Below, one piece after another: positions 42,665 through 49,131 of a stretch of 49,131 nt of DNA. Position 1 is the first letter of the stretch. The number at the start of each line of letters is the position of its first letter. Origin of the DNA: Deltaproteobacteria bacterium RBG_13_61_14 (GTDB lineage: Bacteria > RBG-13-61-14); the NCBI GenBank assembly GCA_001797815.1, contig MGQK01000125.1, positions 82,442 through 131,572 of the forward strand, read 5' to 3'. A program made the translations under genes and the position numbers. Under the pieces are notes generated by a model. It did no database searches, had not been told where the DNA came from, and worked only from the letters and a program-made list of their open reading frames with translations.

Positions 42665-43850
42665 ACCCAAAGCCAGGGCCAAAAGGGCGCGGGACTCGAA
42701 GGAAACCCGCTTCGGCCGGATCCCGGAGCAGGCCGGCCGGATCAAGACCATCGGGGTGTTGACCGGGGGCGGCGATTGCCCGGGCCTGAACGCGGTGATC
42801 CGGGCGGTGGTCAAGACCGCGATCACGGTTTACCGCTGGAAAGTGATCGGCTTTGAAGACGGGTTCGAGGGCATGATCCTGCCCGGCAAGGAGCGGGAGC
42901 TGGACCTCGACTCGGTCAAGGGCATCTTGCCCCGGGGCGGCACCATCCTGGGCAGCACCAACCGGGGCAACCCGTTCAACTTCCCGGTGGAGCGCCAGAA
43001 CAAGATCGTGTCCATGGACTGTTCGCACGAGGTGGTGGAAACCTACCGCCGGCTCAAGCTCGACGCGCTGGTGGTGATCGGCGGCGACGGCACCCTCAGT
43101 ATTGCCCGCGACCTGGGCCGCAAGCGCGGGCTCAAGTGCGTGGCCGTGCCCAAGACCATTGACAACGACCTCAATGCCACCGACGTGACCTTCGGCTTTG
43201 ACACCGCGGTGACCACCGCCACCGAGGCGATTGACAAGCTCCACACCACCGCGGAAAGCCACCACCGGGTCATGTTCGTGGAGGTGATGGGCCGCGACGC
43301 CGGCTGGATCGCGCTTTACGCCGGCCTGGCCGGCTCGGCCGACGCCATTCTGCTCCCGGAGATCCCTTACGATATCACCAAGCTGATCAAAAAGATCCGC
43401 TCCCGCGAGAACATGGGCCGCAAGTCCTCGATCGTGGTGGTGGCCGAAGGCGCCCGGCCCAAGGGCGGCGGCGTCAGCTACCTCCGCCAGGCCAATCCGC
43501 CCTTTGACCTGGTCCGGCTGGGCGGAGCCGCCCAGCGGGTGGCCGACGAGGTGGAGGCCCTGTCCGGCAAGGAAACGCGGGTGACCGTGTTGGGGCACGT
43601 CCAGCGGGGCGGCAGCCCCACCGCTTTTGACCGTAACCTGGGCACCCGGATGGGCACCGCGGCGGCGCACGCCGCGGCCCGGGGCGAGTTCGGCAAGATG
43701 GTGGCGCTCCGCGGCAATTCGATCAGCATCGTTCCTCTGGCCGAGGCGGTGGCGCACAAGAAATCCGTGGACCCTCACGGCGAGATTGTGCAGGCCGCCC
43801 GGGCGGTCGGCACTGACTTTTGTTCGGCCGAGAGCGAGGAGCCGCGTTGA
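42657..43850 (+). CDS. pfk: 6-phosphofructokinase (phosphoryl-donor specificity unresolved)
   Basis: It has GVLTGGGDCPGLNAVIRAVV and IGGDGT (an ATP-type Gly), but PKTIDNDL (a Lys typical of PPi-type enzymes). Its start overlaps the rlmE stop. Confidence 0.9.
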   Translation: MPKPKARAKRARDSKETRFGRIPEQAGRIKTIGVLTGGGDCPGLNAVIRAVVKTAITVYRWKVIGFEDGFEGMILPGKERELDLDSVKGILPRGGTILGSTNRGNPFNFPVERQNKIVSMDCSHEVVETYRRLKLDALVVIGGDGTLSIARDLGRKRGLKCVAVPKTIDNDLNATDVTFGFDTAVTTATEAIDKLHTTAESHHRVMFVEVMGRDAGWIALYAGLAGSADAILLPEIPYDITKLIKKIRSRENMGRKSSIVVVAEGARPKGGGVSYLRQANPPFDLVRLGGAAQRVADEVEALSGKETRVTVLGHVQRGGSPTAFDRNLGTRMGTAAAHAAARGEFGKMVALRGNSISIVPLAEAVAHKKSVDPHGEIVQAARAVGTDFCSAESEEPR

Positions 43851-44611
43851 GCCCGGCCACCCCGGAACCGGCCGCCACCGTGGTCCTGGTCCGGGAACTC
43901 GGCTCCGGCCTGGAGGTCTACATCACCCGCCGCCATGCCGACCTGGTCTTCCTCGGCGGCTTCCACGTCTTTCCCGGCGGCAAAGTGGACCCGGAGGATT
44001 TTTCCGCGGCCATGCTCGAACGGTGCCGCAACTTGGACCTGAAAGAAGCCGGCGCTTCCCTGGGTCTTTTCGGAGAGCCGGAGCGGGCCATGGGCTTTCG
44101 AGTGGCCGGCGTCCGGGAAGTCTTTGAAGAGACCGGGGTGCTTCTGGCCCAAGGGAATCTTATGCCCCCGGCCGGAAAGCTCGCGGGTTATCGCCGCGAG
44201 CTTCATGCCGAGAGGCGTTCGTTCCTCTCCATTCTCGAAGCCTTTGACCTGAACCTGCCCATGGACCGGTTGCTGTGGTTCGCGCACTGGGTAACCCCGG
44301 CCACCTCTCCGCGCCGCTTTGACACCCATTTTTTCGCGGCGCCCATGCCCAAGGGGCAGGAGGTCGCGCCTTTTCCAGAGGAGATTTCGGCCTCGGGCTG
44401 GGAGCGGCCGGCGGAGGCGATCGAGAAGTGGAAGCGGGGGGAGATCAAGATCATCCCGCCCACGCTCGCCAGCCTGGATTTCCTGAGCCGCTTTCCGGAC
44501 TGGGTCTCGCTCGAGCGGCACCTGCAGCCGGAGAAGCTGGTGCGCCAGGGTTCCGCCGCCGCGGGGGTCGAGACCGCGAGCTGGGCCGGGAAAAAAGGGA
44601 TCGTCGGCTGA
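43820..44611 (+). CDS. NUDIX hydrolase family protein
   Basis: It has a Nudix box, GGKVDPEDF...AGVREVFEETGVLL. The start is ambiguous: ATG 43820 overlaps pfk by 31 nt, and an alternative TTG at 43847 overlaps the pfk stop. Confidence 0.75.
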   Translation: MFGRERGAALSPATPEPAATVVLVRELGSGLEVYITRRHADLVFLGGFHVFPGGKVDPEDFSAAMLERCRNLDLKEAGASLGLFGEPERAMGFRVAGVREVFEETGVLLAQGNLMPPAGKLAGYRRELHAERRSFLSILEAFDLNLPMDRLLWFAHWVTPATSPRRFDTHFFAAPMPKGQEVAPFPEEISASGWERPAEAIEKWKRGEIKIIPPTLASLDFLSRFPDWVSLERHLQPEKLVRQGSAAAGVETASWAGKKGIVG

Positions 44612-45042
44612 TGCGCATCCTCGGGGTGGACCTGGGCGAGCGGACTTTGGGCCTGGCGCTTTCCGACCCCCTGGGCATTGTGGCCGGCGCTTTGCAAACT
44701 ATTCGCCGGACCAGCGAGTCTAAAGACCTTTTAGCCCTGGCCGGGGTCATGGCCGAGCAAGAGGTGGGAGAGATCGTGGTGGGCTTGCCCTTGAACATGA
44801 ACGGGACCCGCGGGCCCCAGGCGGAAAAGGCCGAGGCCTTTGCCCAGAAGCTGCGCGAACGGTTCGGGCTCCCGGTCCACTTGTGGGACGAAAGGCTGAG
44901 CACGGTGGCCGCGGAGCGCTCGCTCTTGGAGGCCGACCTGAGCCGAAAGAAGCGCAAGAAAGTCATTGACCAGGTGGCCGCGGCCCTCTTCCTGCAAAGC
45001 TTCCTGGACGCCCGGGCCTTGGCGCGAAAGGATGAGGCGTGA
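44611..45042 (+). CDS. ruvX: Holliday junction resolvase-like protein RuvX (YqgF)
   Basis: It begins MRILGVDLGERTLGLALSD, the canonical YqgF N-terminus. There is an ATGA overlap with the upstream stop. Confidence 0.9.
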   Translation: MRILGVDLGERTLGLALSDPLGIVAGALQTIRRTSESKDLLALAGVMAEQEVGEIVVGLPLNMNGTRGPQAEKAEAFAQKLRERFGLPVHLWDERLSTVAAERSLLEADLSRKKRKKVIDQVAAALFLQSFLDARALARKDEA

Positions 45043-46064
45043 ACCAGAGCGCCCGGCGCCGGCTTTGGCCCAAACTCCTGGCCCTGACCCTGTTCCTGGG
45101 CACGGTCGCGCTCGGGCTCGTGGTCTGGAACTTCTGGGATTATCTGCGCACCCCGGGCCCGACCCGCGGCGCCCAGGCGATCCGGGTCCACATTCCCGCG
45201 GGTTCGAGTCTCCATCAAATCATCGAGATCCTGGCCGCCAACGGCGTGATCAGCCAGCCCGACAAATTCCGCTACCTGGTGGAATGGAAGGGACTGAGCA
45301 CCCGCATCCAGGCGGGGGAATTTGAGTTCGAGCCGGGGATGCGGCCGGAGGAAATCCTGGCCAAGCTGGTCGCGGGCCAACCCGTGCTCCATGCCCTTAC
45401 CGTTCCCGAAGGCTATCACCTGGTCCAGATCGCAGGCGTGCTCGATCAAACCGGGATCTGGTCCGGCGAACAGTTCCTGACCCTGGCCCGCGACCCGGCC
45501 TTCGCCGCCTCTCTGGGCATCCCCTATTCCACCCTGGAGGGCTACCTGTTCCCCGACACCTACAAGTTTCCCCGGAGCACGCCTGAAACCGAGATCATCC
45601 GGGCCATGTTCCACCGCATGGAGAAAGAGTTTCCTACGGAAGAGGCCATGCGCGGCCTCGGCCTCTCCCGCCACCAGGTTCTGACCCTGGCCTCGATCGT
45701 GGAAAAAGAAACCGGCCGGTCCGAAGAGCGGCCGCTGATCGCCTCGGTGTTCTTGAACCGGCTCAGCCGGGGCATGCGCCTGGACAGCGACCCCACCGTG
45801 ATTTACGGGCTCAACCATTTTAACGGCAACCTCACCCGCCAGGATCTGGAAACCTGGACCCCTTATAATACTTACCGCATCGCCGGCCTGCCGCCCGGGC
45901 CGATTGCCAGCCCGGGACATGACGCGATCCAGGCCGTGCTCCACGCGCCCGCGACCAATTACCTCTTTTTTGTCTCCCGGGGCGACGGCAGCCACGAGTT
46001 CACCCAGAGCTACCGCGAGCACCAACAGGCGGTGGACCGCTACCAGCGCCGCGCCTCCCGCTAG
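45039..46064 (+). CDS. mltG: Endolytic murein transglycosylase MltG (YceG)
   Basis: It has an N-terminal TM segment, then LASIVEKETG and DPTVIYGL...YNTY...GLPPGPIASPG motifs. The GTG start overlaps the ruvX stop. Confidence 0.9.
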   Translation: MNQSARRRLWPKLLALTLFLGTVALGLVVWNFWDYLRTPGPTRGAQAIRVHIPAGSSLHQIIEILAANGVISQPDKFRYLVEWKGLSTRIQAGEFEFEPGMRPEEILAKLVAGQPVLHALTVPEGYHLVQIAGVLDQTGIWSGEQFLTLARDPAFAASLGIPYSTLEGYLFPDTYKFPRSTPETEIIRAMFHRMEKEFPTEEAMRGLGLSRHQVLTLASIVEKETGRSEERPLIASVFLNRLSRGMRLDSDPTVIYGLNHFNGNLTRQDLETWTPYNTYRIAGLPPGPIASPGHDAIQAVLHAPATNYLFFVSRGDGSHEFTQSYREHQQAVDRYQRRASR

Positions 46065-46067
46065 GGC

Positions 46068-46716
46068 CATGAGTCTCCGGGTCAAGGAGCTCTTCCGCAC
46101 CCTGCAAGGCGAGGGCCGGGACACCGGGATACCCTGCACCCTGGTGCGGCTATCCGGCTGCAACCTCCGCTGCGCCTGGTGCGATACCGCCTACGCTTTT
46201 CAGGGCGGGAAACTTTACCGGGTGGAAAGCCTGGTCCGCCGGATCGCCCGGCTTGGGCTGGACCTGGTGCTCGTCACCGGAGGCGAGCCGCTGGTCCACC
46301 CGGAAACCCCGGCCCTGCTTAAGGAGCTTTTGGACCGGGGATCGCGCGTGATCCTGGAGACCAACGGCTCCCTGGATATCAGCGAGGTTCCGGAAGAAGT
46401 GATCGTGGTTCTGGATATCAAGTGTCCGAGCTCGGGCGAGAGCCGCAAGAACCGCTGGTCGAACCTGGCTCACTTGGGAGGGGAGGATGAGATCAAGTTC
46501 GTGATCGCGGATGCCCGGGACTTTCGCTTCGCCAAAGCAGAGATCAAGAAACGCCGCCTGGAGCGCCGCGCCCTGGTCAACCTTTCTCCCGTCGCCTGCC
46601 GGCTGCCGCCGGAAAAGCTCGCCGGCTGGATGCTGCGCGACCGCCTGCCCGTCCGCCTCAACCTCCAACTCCACAAGATCCTCTGGCCGGAAGGGGAAAA
46701 AGGCGTTAGGCGTTAG
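46068..46716 (+). CDS. queE: 7-carboxy-7-deazaguanine synthase (radical SAM)
   Basis: The sequence ELFRTLQGEGRDTGIPCTLVRLSGCNLRCAWCDT carries the QueE-type CX14CX2C cluster. Confidence 0.85.
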
Positions 46717-46735
46717 ACATTGGGCTTTAGGCTTC
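46701..46735. repeat. Heptamer tandem array (aggcgtt aggcgtt agacatt gggcttt aggcttc) overlapping the queE stop; inverted relative of the array at 33531-33565
   Basis: Read directly. The reverse complement of 46708-46730 matches 33543-33565 at 21 of 23 positions. Confidence 0.9.
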
Positions 46736-46801
46736 AGAAATCAATTTCCAGCTAAGAGAAAGGATTTGACAGGGCCGGCCTCGACTTCCTATGATGGGCC
46801 T

Positions 46802-47362
46802 ATGTCGGCGCAGATCGAGGTGGAGTTGAAGGCCTGGGTGGATGATCCGGAGGCCATGTTGGCGAAGATCCGGGAGCTGGCGGAGCTTAAGGAAGAGGTC
46901 CGCTATGCGGATACCTATTGGACCTACGCCCACACCCAGGGCTACCAGCACCAGCGCTTCCGCCTGCGGGAATACCCGGGCCACGCCCAGGTGACCGCCA
47001 AGGCGCCGGTGTCTCCCGAGAACCCCGACGCCAACCGCGAGCACGAGTTCGAGGTCTCGGACCCGGAGGCGTTCCAGGCCTTTTGCCGGGCCTTCGGTTT
47101 CCGGGTGCTGATCCGCAAAGAAAAACAGGCCCGAAGCTTCACGCCCCGGGAGCGCCCGGCCTTTCCGCTGACCATCGAGCTCAACCACATCCCCGGTCTG
47201 GGTCATTTCCTGGAAGTGGAGGCGCTGGTGGATGATCCCGCCCAGGTCGGAGCGGCCCAGGCGCTGGTGCAAACTATTTTCGAGAGGCTGGGCGTGCCGG
47301 ATTCCAAGATCGAGCCGACTCCTTATACCCGGCTTCTCTACGATTTGGGGAAGCGGGGTTGA
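46802..47362 (+). CDS. CYTH domain protein (class IV adenylate cyclase / triphosphatase-like)
   Basis: It has an N-terminal ExExK motif (MSAQIEVELKAWV). Its length of ~186 aa and the patterns ...RFRLRE... and ...GHFLEVEA... are typical of the CyaB/CYTH fold. Confidence 0.75.
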   Translation: MSAQIEVELKAWVDDPEAMLAKIRELAELKEEVRYADTYWTYAHTQGYQHQRFRLREYPGHAQVTAKAPVSPENPDANREHEFEVSDPEAFQAFCRAFGFRVLIRKEKQARSFTPRERPAFPLTIELNHIPGLGHFLEVEALVDDPAQVGAAQALVQTIFERLGVPDSKIEPTPYTRLLYDLGKRG

Positions 47363-47409
47363 TCCCGCTCCCGCCGGCCGCGGTGCCTGGGGCGCTGCGA
47401 AAATTAAAC

Positions 47410-47438
47410 TTTTCAATTCTGATGCTCGATGCTAGAAT
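47410..47438 (+). promoter_or_regulatory. Possible sigma70-type promoter (TTTTCA-17 nt-TAGAAT) upstream of the HEAT-repeat gene
   Basis: The hexamers were read directly. The -10 ends only 3 nt before ATG 47442, so if it is used the real start may be ATG 47451. Confidence 0.3.
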
Positions 47439-47441
47439 AAA

Positions 47442-49091
47442 ATGATCCCGATGAAAAAGACGAACCGTCCCCTGGCCCCGGCCCGGTCGGCGGAGAGCCC
47501 GGAAGAAGCGCTTTCCGCGGCAGGGTTGGAGCGTGCCCAGCAGGAGCGGGAAGCGGTGCTCCAGGAGTTGATCCGGGCCCAGCGCACCTCCAGTCTTTAT
47601 CCGGAAAGCCATCCCCAGCGGGCCGGAGCCCTGGCCCAGAGCTATGGCGCGATCAAAAGCCGGCTGAAAGCAACCCCGGAGATGGACTGGGACGTGACCC
47701 GCAAGGGCTTCAGCTACCGCGACCGGCCCGTTGCCGAGGGCAACCCCTCGGTGGTCAATTTCGCCCGCGAGCTGCACCTGCGCCAGATCAAAAGGTTCGC
47801 GTTCCGCAAGGAGATGACTCTGCCCGAGTTTGAGGCCTTCCTGCGCCTGCTGGCCATGGACCCGGAAGAGTTTCGGTCCGGGAACCTGATCGAGGACCAC
47901 TTCCGCCGCCATCAGATCCGGGAGATCTGGGTGAACGAGATTGATTTCGGCAGGCTCCGGGGCGCCGGGGTGGCGGACCTGGAGGGGGAAGAGGCCAGCC
48001 CGGACCAGTTTGAGATCGTGGACCTGCCCGAAGACCAGGCATCCGCGATCAAGACCCAGATCCGGGAGCTGATCGCCGCGCTCGACGCCGAGCGGGACCC
48101 GGAGCGGTTCCTGCAACTGGTGCGGGAGCTGGAGGTGCTGGCCAACGAGTTGGCGCGGGAAAAAAATTTCGAGGCGGCCTGGGTGATCCTGGCCGCGCTT
48201 TCCGACCATGCCGAGTTTTCCGAGGGCCGCTCCGAGGTTTGCCAGAAACACGCCTTGCGGGCGGTGCGGGCCCTGGCCCAGCGCGAGCTGCTCTCGCATT
48301 TACTCGAGCACTACACCGCGGTGCGGGAGGACCGCAAGCGGCCCTATGAGCGGGTGTTCCGGCAGTTGGAAATGGCGGTCCTGGAGTCGATCCTGGTCTT
48401 GGTCGGCAAGAACGAGGCGCTTTACTCTCACCGCCGGCTCCTGGATTTTGTCGCGGCCATGGGGCCCAAGGTCCGGGAGCCCCTGGAAGCCCGGCTCAAT
48501 AATGCCGGGCCGCACCTGGCCCGCAAGATCGTGTTCCTGCTCGGCGAGCTCCGCCAGCGGGAGAGCGTGGAGGCGCTGCGGGCGATGCTCTCGCACAAGG
48601 ACAGTCGCATCCGCCGCGAGGCGGTGCGCTCGCTGGCCAAGGTCCGGGGCGCGGAATCCTCGCGCGCGCTCCTCGCCGGCCTCGGCCAGAAGCTCGAGCC
48701 CGAGACCAAGGTCCTGATCGTGCAGACCCTGGGCGAGATGCGCGACCTGAGCGCGGTGCCCACCCTGCTCAACCTGCTCCGCCGGCGGCGCTGGCTGGAT
48801 GAAAATTACGAGTTGCTGGCCGCGGCCACCCAGGCGCTGGGCCAGATCGGCTCCAAGGAGGCGTTGCCGGTGCTGATCCGCACCCTGCATCGCCACAAGT
48901 GGATCCAGGCCGAGCCCAACTATCGCCTGCGCCTCACCGCCGCGGCCTCCCTGGGCCAAATCGGGGGCGAGAATGCGGTCCAGGCCCTCAAGCGCTACCT
49001 GCGGGGCAAAGAGGATGAGCTGGAGTTCGCCTGCCAGCAGGCCTTGGCCGAAGTCGAGGCCTCGCACTCCGCACCGGAAGGGACGCGATGA
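47442..49091 (+). CDS. HEAT-repeat (PBS-lyase-type) domain protein
   Basis: The C-terminal half has repeated ...RREAVRSLAKV...ALLAGL.. and ...VQTLGEM.D..AVP.LL.LL... units. The N-terminal half is unassigned. Confidence 0.7.
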   Translation: MIPMKKTNRPLAPARSAESPEEALSAAGLERAQQEREAVLQELIRAQRTSSLYPESHPQRAGALAQSYGAIKSRLKATPEMDWDVTRKGFSYRDRPVAEGNPSVVNFARELHLRQIKRFAFRKEMTLPEFEAFLRLLAMDPEEFRSGNLIEDHFRRHQIREIWVNEIDFGRLRGAGVADLEGEEASPDQFEIVDLPEDQASAIKTQIRELIAALDAERDPERFLQLVRELEVLANELAREKNFEAAWVILAALSDHAEFSEGRSEVCQKHALRAVRALAQRELLSHLLEHYTAVREDRKRPYERVFRQLEMAVLESILVLVGKNEALYSHRRLLDFVAAMGPKVREPLEARLNNAGPHLARKIVFLLGELRQRESVEALRAMLSHKDSRIRREAVRSLAKVRGAESSRALLAGLGQKLEPETKVLIVQTLGEMRDLSAVPTLLNLLRRRRWLDENYELLAAATQALGQIGSKEALPVLIRTLHRHKWIQAEPNYRLRLTAAASLGQIGGENAVQALKRYLRGKEDELEFACQQALAEVEASHSAPEGTR

Positions 49092-49131
49092 CCGAGGCGC
49101 TGGCCAAAGAGCTCCTGGAGCCGATCCTGCT
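49088..49131 (+). CDS. Start of an unidentified gene (truncated by the window end)
   Basis: An ATG overlaps the upstream TGA (ATGA). Only 14 codons are visible (MTEALAKELLEPIL). Confidence 0.3.
   Translation, partial: MTEALAKELLEPIL

Overview
The window is a 49-kb, G+C-rich chromosomal segment from a diderm bacterium, probably an uncultured lineage. Most of it is tightly packed housekeeping or metabolic genes. These include a recJ 3' end and a URO-D-like/FucI-like sugar operon that ends in an orphan DGQHR (DndB-like) gene. Next come a minus-strand block of small enzymes, ribokinase, and a TolC-family gene followed by two paralogous lipoproteins. A long minus-strand envelope cluster runs bamA-skp-lpxA-lpxI-oxidoreductase-msbA-lpxK-moxR. 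Further on are an SRPBCC protein, an SCP2-E1alpha-E1beta fusion, a 879-aa PQQ-propeller protein, an acyl-CoA dehydrogenase and two tandem type-B carboxylesterases. The window closes with an overlapping string rlmE-pfk-nudix-ruvX-mltG-queE-CYTH-HEAT. I found no rRNA, tRNA, CRISPR array, transposase or integrase. The unusual content is structural. Three strongly AT-rich islets (about 4.7-5.7, 16.6-17.8 and 31.1-33.5 kb) sit at gene ends and are bounded by repeats: a perfect 28-bp direct repeat for the first and GGGACACCATA palindromic elements for the second and third. They carry orphan genes: a lipoprotein, a CmoB-like methyltransferase, a possible minimal HEPN protein, a Cys-rich secreted protein and a metallophosphoesterase. 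Intergenic DNA also holds 7-nt-period tandem arrays, one family of which recurs at 33.5 and 46.7 kb. It also holds a family of GGGGCGC...GCGCCCC hairpins nested in longer palindromes. No single known system is evident. The best candidates for novelty are the orphan DGQHR gene and the repeat-bracketed AT-rich cassettes.
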